A DNA stretch of 64,000 nucleotides from Octopus sinensis (taxonomy: Eukaryota). Positions 27,084 through 41,001 of the stretch are shown piece by piece. The translations under genes were made by a program, and so were the position numbers. The notes under the pieces are model-generated. The model was not told where the DNA came from. It saw only the letters and a list, made by a program, of their open reading frames with translations, and did no database searches. Location of the stretch: contig NC_043000.1 of the NCBI RefSeq assembly GCF_006345805.1, positions 29,202,001-29,266,000 on the forward strand, read 5' to 3'. The first letter of the stretch is position 1; the number at the start of each line of letters is the position of its first letter.

Positions 27084-27295
27084 AATATATATATATATAT
27101 ATACATACATATATATATATATATATACACGACGGGCTTCTTTCAGTTCTATATATCATATCCATACGCAAGGCTTTGGTCGGTCCGAGGCTAAAGTAGA
27201 AGACACTTGCCCAAGATACCACACAGTGGGACTCAGCCCATAACTATATGTTTGAGAAGCAAACTTCTTACAACACTGCCACACCTGTGCCGATT
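26470..27295 (-). mobile_element. SINE family D with an H1 element (26840-26995) inserted in its internal microsatellite
   Basis: Tail 26470-26700, head 27128-27295, H1 motif at 26929-26963. Confidence 0.75.
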
Positions 27296-27730
27296 TTCTG
27301 ATTATTTTATATCGTTACCAATTAACAATTTTACGTACAGAGAAGGAAAGTGGGAAGATGTCTGATTAGTCTGCAGTCTTTCAAGAAGGCCACCAATTAG
27401 TATTGCAGGAAAATTGACCCTTCTTCCAGACTTGCAGGAAGACCATAATACCCCATAGTCTTGTAGGGATATCTCCCATTACTTTATAGTCTTGCAGAAA
27501 GATTGCCAATAACTTCAACATAGCTGGAAGGTCACATTACTTCAGTCTCATAGCAAGATTTGCAGAATGATTTTCTATGACTATAATTTTCTAGAAAACT
27601 CTTCCATCTACGGTCAATAAAGTACTTGCCAACCCCTCCCCTCAAATTTGCCGGCCTTTTGCCTTCGTCAGAAACCATTTCACACTTTATATACGTATCT
27701 AAATATGATTAACTTAATGCTCTACTTCGT

Positions 27731-28030
27731 GGAGGCACATGGCCTAGTGGTTAGAGTAGCGGATTCTCGGTCGAGGGATCGCGGGTTCGAATCTCAGACC
27801 GGGTGATGTGTGTGCTTATGAGCGGAACACCTAAATTCCACGCGGCTCCGGCAGAAGGTAATGGCGAACTTCTGCTGACTCTTTGGCCCAACTTTCTCTG
27901 ACTCTTTCCTCCTGCATTTTGCAGCTCACCTGCGACAGACCGGCGTCCCGTCCAGGTGGGGAACCTATACGCCAAGGAAACCGGGAAACCGGCCCTTATG
28001 AGCCAGGCATGGCTCGAGAAGGAACAAACA
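27731..28030 (+). mobile_element. SINE family B'
   Basis: B head plus tail cgtcccgtccaggtgggg...gaaaccggg shared with 6395-6685. Confidence 0.85.
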
Positions 28031-28772
28031 ACAATGTTCTACTTCAGTGAATCACAATCTTTTCTTAATTCATGGTAAACTGGAGATTAATCAACAAATT
28101 TACTAGCGCACTTCATTTGAAAAAAAAATATTACGGTTTCACTTTGCAAAAGATTACAAAACTATCTTTTTGCTATCTTTTAAGCTTAAAATTTTTTGGA
28201 GAAAAAACCTCAAAAATTAAATAAAAAAAACAAAAACAAGAAAACTATTGCTTACTTCGTTTTATTTAATTCTAATTTATGAATGACACGATCTTCAAGG
28301 CAACAAAACATATGCATGGACATTCAAAAGCATTAAATCCATCGTTCTAAAACGTTTTTGCCCATGGATCTCCTTAATTCTTAGTTTATTCTATTGGACT
28401 CTTATAGTTATTCGATGTTTAAAAAAATTTGCATTATATTCCAATGATTAAATATTATTAGGTATTATATCAAAAAAATTGTCAAGATATTTTGCGTATC
28501 GTAGAAATATAACCAATTTTTTTTTTGTGCATGAATTTTAACGACAAAATCTTATATGAATCCTGTTTGAGAACCAAACCCCCAACACATTGTTTAAGAA
28601 CTGCTGTTCTAATCAATTACTGCTAATTACCGTAACGGAAGGCACCATGCTCCAAAATATGAGTTTTACAAAATACAAGTCTCTCGGCAAAAATATATAA
28701 TAAATCTATGTCGTTGATTTGAAAAAAAAAACAACCCAAAATAAAATACACTAATGGTATAGCCGTAGATAA

Positions 28773-29175
28773 GGCTGCGAGCTGGCAGAAACGCTAGCAC
28801 GCCGGTCGAAATGCGTAGCCGTATTTCGTCTGCCGTTACGTTCTGAGTTCAAATTCCGCCGTCTTTCATCCTTTCGGGGTCGATAAATTATATACCAGTT
28901 ACGCACTGGGGTCGATGTAATTGACTTAATCCGTGTGTCTGTCCTTGTTTGTCCCCTCTGTGTTTAGCCCCTTGTGGGTAGTAAAGAAATAAGTATTTCG
29001 TCTACCGTTACGTTTTGAGTTCAAGTTCCGCCGAGGTCGACTTTGCCTTTCCTCCTTTCGGGGTCGATAAATTAAATACCAGTAACGCACTGGGGTCGAT
29101 ATAATCGACTTAATCCATTTGCCTGTCCTTGTTTGTCCTCTTTGTGTTTAGCCCATTGTGGGTAGTAATGACATA
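28773..29175 (+). mobile_element. SINE family A, head+body+extra body
   Basis: Junction aaagaaataagtatttcgtc near 28990. Confidence 0.9.
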
Positions 29176-30270
29176 AGTATAAACGTAGATTGTATATGAT
29201 CGAATTTCGACTTCATACTTTATTCCAGTACTCTGTCACAGAATTGTATTTCCACGCACAAAAACATACATTATCTCCCTACAAGAACTGCTTTAAAATA
29301 GCTTTCAGTTAGTGTATAATAAAATATACTGAATTAGTTTTTTTCTTTCCAAAAAATATACCTGTGTAAAAAGGGGTGCGTCTAATGTCAGTGTGCGTCT
29401 TATACGCCGACAAATACAATATATATTGGTGATTATCTAAAATAGGAGTTATCTCCCATGAATTTAGATGAAAAAATTAATTATTATCAATGATAAAAAA
29501 ATTACTAATTACTGCATGTCTTAATGTAGTAGCAACGTGAATGATTTAGCCATTAAACGTTTCTTCTCTATCTAGCTGTTTAATTATTACTTGGGTGGCG
29601 TCCATGAAGAATAAAATCGTTCAGTCTATGGAATGTTTCGTAAAAGTGTTTCATGATTTTTGTCTATATAGTATCGGACAAAAATTCACTTTATTCTACC
29701 TTTCAGAAACACGATTTATCCTACGCACACAAAATATATACGTAAATGTACAAATATATTATAAATGTACAATATCTGATAACAATGGAAGGGGGATTCC
29801 TTTTTTTGCGTATTTATCAGAAATAATCTCCCATTTAAACGATGGTTATGATTAAATGTATGGATAAATTTTATTTACACGATATTAGATAGATGTAAAA
29901 GGGTTTTTGTATATAAATGGAAGTAAGTTCTATATATATATATATATATATATATCATTATATTTATACGCATACACACACACACACACATACACACACA
30001 CACATATATATATATGTGTGTGTGTCTATATATATGTGTGTGTATATATATATACACACACATACATATATGTATACACACTCACTCACACATACACGTA
30101 TTATGTCATTAAATGCATAAATAGATAAATCTTATCTATGCCCTCTCTTTCCACACACACACACACACGGTATCAATTAGATGTACGAGTATTTTAAGGT
30201 AGTTTAAAGTATTTTCAGAAATAGGGGTTTCCCCCCCTATACCCTTGACAGAAACCCCCGCACACACACG

Positions 30271-30305
<35 letters not shown>

Positions 30306-30916
30306 TAATACACACGAATATAATTTTGAAAGGTTGAGAGAACATTTTAAACAAAATGTAAAGCTTGTAAAGGAATCAATAACGAAAAAAGTGATCTATA
30401 CGTGCGAATGTGAAAGAAGCGAGATGAAAGAGGATTTTTAACTTCGATTTCGTGAAAAAGAAAAGTCTTCTTAATAATGGTGCAGTGAATATCAGCAGTG
30501 TTGTTATTCTCTTCTATTTAAACACCGCAATCTTAACAACATTTCGATGCTCTCAACAGTAAAATGGCTATACAAGATAATAATACATTTTCAATTCTTT
30601 CTTCAATACAGATTTTTCTTCGATAAGATTTCGGTTGTGCCTTCTTTTTAGCTTCATATAAGCATATCTAAGCACGCAAGTTGTTTAGAACTGTAATTAG
30701 ATTTTTTAAAATAAAATAGAATAAGAAGATAAAATGCTCCTTGTTGAAATCCTTCATATAATTTAAACCCCTTTTATCTATTGTTATGTCACGTCGGAAT
30801 TTGACAACAACAGCCAGTGTCCATTAGGAAGACTAGTTAAGACACACAATGTCACTATGCTCATATTAAAATCGGCATTGAAATTTTACAAATTACAATA
30901 CATACATACGTACAAA

Positions 30917-31003
<87 letters not shown>

Positions 31004-31273
31004 CACACATCACCACCACACATATATACATATAGATAGATATATGCATATATGCATGTATATATATATGTGTGTATAGGTTTACGCACATGCACACAGG
31101 TATATATGTATAATAAGAGATGTGAGCATGTGGTTTAAGAAGTACGTTTAACCTCCACGTTGTAGGTTTTGAGTTCGATCACAATGCACAGCAGGGGTTA
31201 GGCAGAGTTGTTTGCAAACAAACTGTGCCATAACCTCTTCCATATATGCATACATATATACATAACATACATA

Positions 31274-31945
31274 CATGATGATGTAGCTAGGACACTGTAT
31301 AACGAGATCCGTCGAAAGGATAACTCCGCGGATAAAGAAATAAGAACCCATAGTATGGTAGAAGACATAGCCATTCATAATAAAGATGAATACTTGTGGA
31401 ATGTCCCAGTGAAAACCTCAATAAAATGATTTGGGATAGAGAAGAGAAACTGTCCAGCGGATGTTAACATAAAGCTGAAGATCAGTGAAAAAGAGAATAC
31501 TTTTGCTGAACTATTGAGAAATCTGCAGTTACTCTATCCAGATTACAAGTTCAGGTTTATACTTGTAATTATTGGGGCCCTGAGATATGTAACACACTAC
31601 CTAAATACCAATCTTGAGAAATTGGGCTTCTTAGGACCAAAAAGGAGAAAGCTAATTCGAAGACTACAGATCCAAGCCATCACTGGAACTGTAAATGTCT
31701 GTAAAAATTTCCAGAAGTTTATCGTTTGTATATATCTGAGCATGTCTAGATATGCAAGTATATGCATAAGAAGACACACATAAAGCAAAACATACAAGTC
31801 TGCACATATACATGCATACATACATACATACATACATACATACATACATACATACCCTGTTGTTGGTGTTGAAATTCCAGTGATGGTGCCTTGGATCTAG
31901 AATAGAAACCGGTTCTTTCTCTATTGGCAAGAAATCTTGAAATAA
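31274..31945 (+). pseudogene. RLE-family B LINE 3' part
   Basis: HDDVARTLYNEIRRKD...EYLWNVPVKT...CPADVN...EKEN...RNLQLLYPDYKF...KNFQKF*; 3' UTR contains (CATA)n. Confidence 0.88.
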
Positions 31946-31957
31946 AACTGAACAATG

Positions 31958-32016
<59 letters not shown>

Positions 32017-32049
32017 TTTGGATAGATGTATGTATATGTATGTATATGT

Positions 32050-32820
32050 CTCATCTATTTTCTAATTATCATAAATATTCAACTGAGGAGGGAGCCGGTT
32101 TCCAACAAAGAGACAAGGCTCCATCTTTGGGACATTTTTGGGTAGTTAGCACAGATAAATTCACATTTGGAACTTGAGAAAAGTCTTGCATATTTTTACT
32201 GTTCCAATCACAGATTGCACTTGTGATGTACGTATTAGCCAGTCAATTTCTCTTTCTGAAAATCCCATTTTTTTTCAGATTCTCATTTAAGCATTTACTA
32301 ACAAAACCTAGTGCTCCAATTATTATTGGTATGAATATGAATTCATAGTCTGGATATAGGAGCTGGAGGTTTCGAGGAACTTGTCTATAGATATCCTCTT
32401 TTCCTTTGATTTTCAAAGCGATATTTGTATCTACAGGACAGCTAATCTCTATGATGGTACATACCTTTGCCCCTCTGTCCTAAACAACAATATCCGGCTT
32501 GTTAGTCTTACATTTAGCAGAAGTTTTGATGGGAATATTTCACAAGTATTCCTTGAGTAGGTATTTATGAATGCATTCCATAGCAGAGGGATTTTCTAAG
32601 TTTATTTCAAGACAGTCTTTTCTGTGGATGACATTGTAAATTATTTTAGCAACATCATGTCGCATAGGGAGGTAGTGCATTTTAGGACAGCTGCTAATCA
32701 CATGCGTGATATCTTCCACAGAGACATGACATAGCTTACACATGCAGTTGCACCTTGGGATTACAAGAGTGTCACTGTCTCTCTTGTTCAGAAGCTACTT
32801 TGTGGCAATCGCCTGATTTT
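32050..32820 (-). pseudogene. RLE-family B LINE 3' part with CCHC finger
   Basis: CKLCHVSVEDITHVISSCP...RHDVAK...NKPDIVV...IIEISCPVD...LYPDYEF...VKICKTFLKFQM*; CATA-type repeats both sides. Confidence 0.9.
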
Positions 32821-32841
32821 GTATGTATGTATGTATGTATG

Positions 32842-32873
<32 letters not shown>

Positions 32874-33964
32874 TGTATGTATGTATGTATGTATGTACAT
32901 ACATACAAATGGATGGACATCCCAATGTCACATATAATTTACAAAAACACAGAATTATTGATGAGAACTGTAGAGATGAGGAGAATCACTCTCTTACGTA
33001 GTTTCAATTTAATTGTAACAAATGCACTTAAATGACATTGTTCACAGCCATAGACAAGGTAGAAACGCCATAGCATTTCATGCACTTCCCTCTGTAACTT
33101 TGTAGTTTTAAGGTCAACCGTCTGTGTGAGAAATCAATAATTTTCTCGCCTTTAGTTGAAAATATCGCACACGCGCTCCCGCACGATTATAAAGCAATAC
33201 GTAAACGAACACAAACAGACGACGAGTGTATCTGCAATAGGATCCTCGCAGACTATTTCAGATCTCATTATCGGTTAATGGACGGAAATATTAAAATTAA
33301 TATAATCATAAGAAAATGTTGGGTTAGTAAACCATAGAGTTAAGAAACCTTGAACTTCGACCGGTTATTATTAAAGGATCTCGAAGCAAAGTTATCAATG
33401 GATTTCAAAGAACTGTATCACCAATAAACGCCCATATCCATAATAAGAATTAAAGCAAGTATCACGGCCCTTTTGATGAGCGTTGAACTCATGACCCTTA
33501 TAAAGTACCACGCCCAGTCAATCCGAAAGATTAGGAATAATAATAAAGAAAACCATTATTCTCCTTACACTGAAAGTAATGGAATTTCCATACTTCCGCC
33601 ACAGCTACTTTCTATGTTGTCTTCTTACGTTGCTTTATTGCCTTTTAGAAGTCTGAGTTCCTTGAATAACCGAATTCGCAAACCGTTTTCGATTTCCGTG
33701 AAGGTGTGTGGCCTGGTGGTTAGAGCTCGGTGTGTTCTTGAGCAAAACACTTCATTTCTCGTTGATCCAGTTCATTTAGTTGTAAACGAGTAACCTTGAG
33801 ATGGACTGGTATTCTTTTCAAGAAGAGGGTTGTGATTTTGCTCAGTTATACGTCATGGGAGCCGGGCAACTGATCTTATGAATCTTAGACAGGCGCAGGA
33901 GTGGCTGTGTAGTAAGTAGTTTGCTTACCAACCACATGGTTCCGAGTTCATTCCCATTGTGTTA

Positions 33965-34760
33965 GGGTAGAAGCCATACCACCAAAAGTGAATGTAGCCT
34001 TGCTGGTAGCTGCCATACTGCTAGGCATGGAAGAAAAGGTGGTGGTCCTGCAGGCCAGTAGAACACCCTACAGAAACTGACAAGGGCAGAGTTTGGACAT
34101 GGTGGTACAGATTAACCCAGAAGATATTGAAAGTATGGTCGCAGACGTGACGCTGAAAGTTAGAGTAGAAGGGAGGATTCAGCGGTGCTATAAATGTGGC
34201 CTTTCAGGCAACATTAGAGCGGATTGTACTCCACCACATGTGAAGACTAAAGAAAGGCAAGGGAATGAGAAAAGGGTTAGAGCTCTACTTCCTATGGAGG
34301 CTGAGGAAAAGCATGTGAAGGAGAGTGAAGCGGTACCACAGACAAAGACCAGTACCAGCGTCGAGGAAGAGGAAGTAAACACCAGCTGGGAAACGGCGGG
34401 AAAAACAGAGAAGGAAGAGGAGAAAGAGGACACACGTGGTAAAGGACGACCCAAACCCACATCCACCCGGCTCCCACCCACATCCATTCTACCCAACCAC
34501 CCCTACAGACACCAGCCCTCTCCATACCCCGCTTGACATGAACACTAGCACAAACACACAGGAGCTCCAAATCTCCTCACCCGGGCCCTGGATAAAATTG
34601 TTATATAACAGGAATAAAGAAGAACTTTGCAACGAGTTAAAGACATGGGAAAAAGCAATAGAAGTAGACATCGATAGAATAAAAGCAATAGAAGATATCG
34701 ATAGAATAATTACCATGCTAAAACAAAAACTAAAAAAAAAAGGGAGAAAAAAGTACTGTG
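33965..34760 (+). pseudogene. Second L1/Tx1-like ORF1 fragment between a SINE-D head (33895-33962) and SINE-D tail (34750-34840)
   Basis: VRVEGRIQRCYKCGLSGNIRADC (knuckle with H>N) followed by a Glu/Lys-rich segment. Confidence 0.7.
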
Positions 34761-35157
34761 GTTGATTTGTTCTACGAAAAAGTTCTCCCAGATAGTGCCC
34801 CAGCATGGCCGCAGTCTATTGATTGGTAAAAGATAAAAGATCCATTTAACATTTGTAGAACAAATATTTTCGAGTGGTTCGCGGAAACTTTTCAATGTTT
34901 GCAAAAATTATTTCCAGCATTTCACTAAATCAACATTTTAAAAATCTCATAAAGCAATTCTCTTCCGACCATTTCCACAGACAAAAAAGAGAAAAGAAAA
35001 AAAAAACTGCTTCTTATTTTTCTTGTATTTTTTTTTGTTACTTCGTAATCTGAATGCTTCTTGTAATCACTTAATTAAATTACTGACGCATTTGTCTATG
35101 CTTTTAGCACAAGTTCATTACTTTTCTTTCTTGACATAAATCAAATTATGGTGTGAA

Positions 35158-35770
35158 AGCGCGTGGCTTAGTGGTTAGGGTACTCAGCTCGCAATCGTTA
35201 GGTTGTGAGTTCGATTGTGTCTTTCAGCAGGATATTTTATCCTACGTTGCTAAGGCGGCGAGCTATGGCTAGCACGACGGACGAAATGCTTAGCGGTATT
35301 TCGTCTACCGTTACGTTAAGGTGGCGAGCTGGCAGAAACGTTAGCACGCCGGGCGAAATGCTTAGCGGTATTTCGTCTGCCATTACGTTGTGAGTTCAAA
35401 TTCCGCCGAGGTCGACTTTGCCTTTCATCCTTTCGGGGTCGATAAATTAAGTACCAGTTACGAACTGGGGTCGATGTAATCGACTTAATACCTATGTCTG
35501 TCCTTGTTTGTTTCCTCTGCGTTTAGCCCCTTGTGGGTAATAAAGAAATAGGTATTTCGTCTACCGTTACGTTCTGAGTTTAAATTCCGCCGAGGTCGAC
35601 TTTGCCTTTCATCCTTTCGGCGGTCGATTAAATAAGTACCAGTTACGCACTGGGGCCAATATAATCGACTTAATCCGTTTGTATGTCCTTGTTTGTCACT
35701 ACTCTGTTTAGCCCCTTGTGGGTAGTAAGGAAATAGGTATTTCGTCTGCTGCTACATTCTGAGTTCAAAT
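35158..35770 (+). mobile_element. SINE C head followed by a SINE A concatemer (partial head, full unit, two headless repeats)
   Basis: Junction aa(a/g)gaaataggtatttcgtc near 35550 and 35735. Confidence 0.88.
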
Positions 35771-36203
35771 ATACATATATGCTTTCGGGGCGAATGGTTT
35801 TTTTTTATCGCCATAAGCTTTAAGCTTACAATATATATAAAGGAAAGAATAAATATGTATATATGTACATGTATATATCTTCATATATATATGAAAATAT
35901 ATGCATGTACGTATATTTATTTGTGTGTGTGCGTGTGTGTATAAAATGGACACATATTAGTTATTCAATCATGAAAAAGGTACTCAATACAAGAATTAGA
36001 GTAAAATAATTTATTGTAACTGAAGTTACACAATTTTAAGTTAAACTTTCTACTTTTGGCTTATCAGACGTTAAAAATAAGTTATAAATAAATACTTTGA
36101 TCTCCACAAAAAATATTTGACAACAGTCCATTGATCTGATTGACTGATCGGGAGAATACATGATATATGACAGTTGTCAGGGGTAACAGTCGAAGTTCAA
36201 TGG

Positions 36204-36270
<67 letters not shown>

Positions 36271-36419
36271 TATATATATATTATATATATATTATATATA
36301 TATACTTATTTATTTATTTATTTATTCATCTACAGTATTACCCGTCATATAACGAGTAGCTTTGGAAGTATATTTTTGCTCTCATGGCAAATATCATGAA
36401 ATTTGGTATACACGTCTTT

Positions 36420-37537
36420 GGGGCCAATGCAGTTTCGCACCTCTCCATGAAAAATCCATTTGTTTGAAAAATATTTTTTTCGCATTCCTACGTTTTAGAA
36501 GTCGGAGATTACGAATATGCAAAAAAAAAAAAAAAATTCGCCCCACCCACTTCTTCACTTAAATTTTTGATTTTGTTTACCTTAAAGAGATCGTAGCGAA
36601 TTGACGAACATATGCCAATCGAAATTAAATACAGACAAAAAACATTAAAGTGAAAAGATTTGCGTTTTACTTGTGTTTATAATCGTAAATAATAATTTAA
36701 TGTAAATTAAATATTCACCATTTTATGAGAAACAAACATTAATATTTAATAATTAATGTTATGAAATTTAATAAAGGGCTCAAATTTCACCCCTCCCCCA
36801 ATTTTAGATATTGGACTTCTTTATTCATTTAATTATTTGTCTGTCTATCTATTTATCCCTGTCTGTTTATTTATAAAATATATTTGTCAACTAAATGTGA
36901 CGCTCCTATAGAAGATGGTGTTACTGTTGTTTTTAGCCCCAGGAAGACATTCATATCTATCTATCTCTTTATACACCTATCTGTATGCTTATTGAATTTA
37001 AAATTTTGAAAACGTGGTTTCTTCAGTTCTATATTAAGAGATGAGGAATTATGTACATTATTTACATTATTTACATTTGACGGATATTTGTCCTCATTTT
37101 GTCTGTTGTTAGCACAACGCTTCGGCTGATATACCCTCCAGGCTTCATCAGGTGCCTTGTGGAAATTTTGAACCTTAGAAATGAGGACCCAGGTTCCTAA
37201 TTTCCCCAAGACACCTGATGAAGGTTGGAGGGTATATTATCCGAAACGTTGTGTTAACAACAAACAATATGGAGACAAATAACCGTCAAATGTAAATAAT
37301 ATACGTGATTTCTTGCATATCCGGAATCTCCGTCATCTAAAACGTAGGGGAAAAAATTTCGTAAAGCTTCAAAATTTTAAATGTTGGGGTGGGGCGGGGG
37401 AGAGAGTCTTTGTGTGGGTAGAGATTATTTATTACTTTGTTGCATATTCGTAATCTCCGACATCTAAAACGTAGGGATCCAAGAAATTTAAAAAAAAATG
37501 CATTTTTCAAGGAGAGGTGCGAAACTGCATTAGCCCC
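36420..37537. mobile_element. Inverted-repeat (MITE-like) element, ~120-bp arms
   Basis: ggggccaatgcagtttcgcacctctcc...ggagattacgaatatgcaa vs ttgcatattcgtaatctcc...gcgaaactgcattagcccc; no clear TSD. Confidence 0.65.
37020..37300. mobile_element. Head-to-head pair of PLE-type repeats, each with a hammerhead motif (family H2)
   Basis: Plus copy gacacCTGATGAagg...ccGAAACGTTgtgtt 37210-37255; minus copy 37111-37156. Confidence 0.8.
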
Positions 37538-37692
37538 ATATCTTTTATCTTTTACTTATTTCGGTCATTAGATGTTAGTTCAGGTGAGGTCACTTCAGAC
37601 CAAACCAATGTGATTTTTCTTTTGGTCAGGACTGGACTCTCAGAAAATCAAAACAAATAGTAATTTCTTAAGTGAAGCAAGCAACCAGAACG

Positions 37693-39249
37693 GGTTAAAC
37701 TAAAGCGTTAAAACTGGTCAACCCCCCCCCCCCCAAATTTGTGTAATAGGTGTAAAACAACTTCCTCTAAACGAATATGAAAAAAAATGCGCGCACGCGA
37801 AAGGGGAGTGGGGGAGAGGCCTCGGAAAATTCACATCGGGAATTTCCGAAAGCGTCTGAGGGGCTAACCCGGGCACCAAAACAAAAAAAAAATGGTGTAA
37901 TATGTGTAAAGCAACTTGCTGTAAACGAATATGAAAAAAAAAAATGCGCACTCGCGAAAGAGGGGTGGGGGAGAGGCCTCGGAAAATTTACATCGGGAAT
38001 TTCCGAAAGCGTCTGACCCGGACACAAAAACAAAAAAGAAATAGTGTAATAGGTGTAAAACAACTTGCTCTAAACGAATATGATGAAAAACATGCGCGCT
38101 CGCGAAAGGGGTGGGGTGGAGGAGAGGCCTCGGAAATTTCACATCTTTAGTCCACAGCCTTTAAACTAAGAAAAAAATAGTGTACTTGTTCTAAACGATT
38201 ATCAAGAAAGTATACTTTAGACATGGATAGTATCATGATGTTGGCATACCATATGAGTATTATGATGAGAAAATTAGCTGTAGTCTTTGAAGGAAGTAAA
38301 ATGAATGCTTCACAGCTATATATGATATAAAGGGTATAGCATTAATTGTTTGTAAATCATGTTATGTGGATTGCATCATAGAAACTGTATAATACTGTTC
38401 ATATAGTACAAGGATTACAGTCACACATGAATCATAAACTCCGTATTTTTGTATGTATTTCGCAAAAAAAAAAGAAAGAGAAGAAATTCTGGAAAAAGTG
38501 AAGAAATGTTGGATCTCCGCCATGTGAATCAAAATGCGTGTCATAATCTAACTATATATAAATCAATTGACAATGCATATATGGATTCGTCTTTCTCTTT
38601 GCTTAGTCGTTTTTACCGAATTTTATTTGGCCTGATAAAGTTTATAAGTATTTTCTCCATTTCAGATAAGCATCCGATGGGTATTTTACAGATTTACTAG
38701 CGTAGCAAGATTGCACTCAGTTGTTTATTCAGTCGGCTACAATAGGTTATACTATACTGTATGATTGTATTAAGTTCCAGTAAAAATAATAAAATAAAAA
38801 TAAAAAGTAAGCAGATCATTTTTTTAAAGAATAATATAAATGTACGTTTGCATTTTTTTCATCAAATTCGTTTAGAGCAAGTTGTTTTACACCTATTACA
38901 CTATTTTTTTTTATTTTTGTGCGCGGGTCAGACGCTTTCGGAAATTCCCGATGCAAATTTTCCGAGGCCTCTCCCCCACCCCCCTTTCGCGAGTGCGCAT
39001 TTCTTTTGTCATATTCGTTTAGAGCAAGTTGTTTTACACATATTACACCATTTTTTTTTGTGTTGGTGCCCGGGTCAGCCCCTCAGACGCTTTCGGAAAT
39101 TCCCGATGTGAATTTTCCGAGGCCTCTCCCCCACTCCCCTTTTGTGTGCGCGCATTTTTTTTCATATTCGTTTAGAGGAAGTTGTTTTACACCTATTACC
39201 CCAATTTTTTTTTGTTTTTTTTGACCGGGTTTAACGCTTTAGTTTAACC
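37693..39249. mobile_element. Foldback DNA transposon, GG...CC termini, 8-bp TSD, arms built of ~125-bp tandem units (Merlin- or MULE-like)
   Basis: CCAGAACG|ggttaaactaaagcgttaaa ... tttaacgctttagtttaacc|CCAGAACG. Confidence 0.85.
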
Positions 39250-39509
39250 CCAGAACGCTAGCTGACCATCAGGCAAAAACAAATAACCGAGATCCCTATC
39301 AGGAAGTCAACCAAGCAGAACGCTGAACTTTACCAAAACAAATCCAAAACGGAAAATATTTTTGATCAAAATAAAGTGACGTCACGATAACCAATCAGAA
39401 TGTGTTTCTTGATTGTGGCAAACAAGAAATGGACACGACAAAAAAGACATCATCAAAATTACAACCGATCAAAAATTGAACCCTTTCCGTAAAAAAAAAA
39501 ACTCAACAA

Positions 39510-41001
39510 AACATGTGGCTATGCGGTAAGAAGCTTGCTTTGCAACTACATGGTTCCGGGTTCAGTCCCACTGCTTGGCACCTGGGTTAACTATCTTCTA
39601 TTATAGCCTCGGGCTTACCAAACCCTTGTAAGTGAATTTGGTAGACTGAAACTGAACGAAGCCCGTCGTATATATATATATATATATATATATATACCAA
39701 TAAAGGACTGAACACGAAAAGGTGGACAGTCAACATGCTAGATATAGACGTCAAATCGCCATTCTCCACAAGGATTATGTTCTCAAATAAAAATAAAATT
39801 CAGCACGACCTAAAGCAATGGATGAGACAAAAGAAAAATACTAAGTGGAATAATTACCTACGTACTGCAGTTTCAGCTATTAATATCACAAGGATATCTA
39901 GCTTCATCAGTGTATTTTGTTATGAGCATAATATGCTGTACTAGGTGAAAAACGGTACCGGAGTCCCGCATGCAAAAAGTACAACCTATTACGTTCGGAT
40001 GTATCTTTCGAATGCCTCTACTTTTGGCGCGCTGATAATCGAAAAACTAGCCGCAGCCAATAATTAGCAGCAGTCAATTTATCGGTTTGAGAACATATAT
40101 TTCATTTTAAAAATTAAGGGTAGAAATTGATATTAGTCAATTAAAACCAGTTGGTCTAGCACATTAAAAATCCCGAAGATTAAAATATTTATATATACCA
40201 ATAAAGGACTGAACACGAAAAGGTGGACAGTCCACATGCTATATATAGACGTCAAATCGCCATTCTCCACAAGGATTATGTTCTCAATAAAAATAAAATT
40301 CAGCACGACCTAAAGCAATGGATGAGACAAAAGAAAAATCTAAGTGGAATAATTACTACCTACGTACTGCAGTTTCAGCTATTAATATCACAAGGATATC
40401 TGTAGCTTCATCAGCGTAGTTTGTTATGAGCATAATATGCTGTACTAGGTGAAAAACGGTACCGGAGTCCCGCATGCAAAAAGTACAACCTATACGTTCG
40501 GATGTATCTTTCGAATGCCTCTACTTTTGGCGCGCTGATATCGAAAAAACTAGCCTGCAGCCAATAATTAGCAGCAGTCAATTTATCGGTTTGAGAACAT
40601 ATATTTCATATTTAAAAATTAAGGGTAGAAATTGATATTAGTCAATTAAAACCAGTGGTCTAGCACATTAAAAGAATCCGAAGATTAAAATATTTATATA
40701 TACCATAAAGGACTGAACACGAAAAGGTGGACAGTCAACATGCTAGATATAGACGTCAAATCGCCATTCTCCACAAGGATTATGTTCCAAATAAAAATAA
40801 AATTCAGCACGACCTAAATCAATGGATGAGACAAAAGAAAATACTAAGTGGAATAATTACCTACGTACTGCAGTTTCAGCTATTAATATCACAAGGATAT
40901 CTGTAGCTTCATCACGTAGTTTGTTATGAGCATAATATATGCTGCTGTCTAGGTGATAGTACTAGGTGATGAGCATAATATGCTTTGTACTATAGTATGC
41001 T

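Noticed and set aside
35253-35770. CRISPR-like or tRNA-gene interpretation of repeated units
   Set aside because: No unique spacers or cas genes; tRNA-like heads lack full cloverleafs and continue into SINE bodies
39858-39905. Hammerhead-like GAAA-CTGCAGT-A on the minus strand of the 503-bp unit
   Set aside because: Core CTTGTGA lacks G5, and neither stem I nor stem II pairs properly
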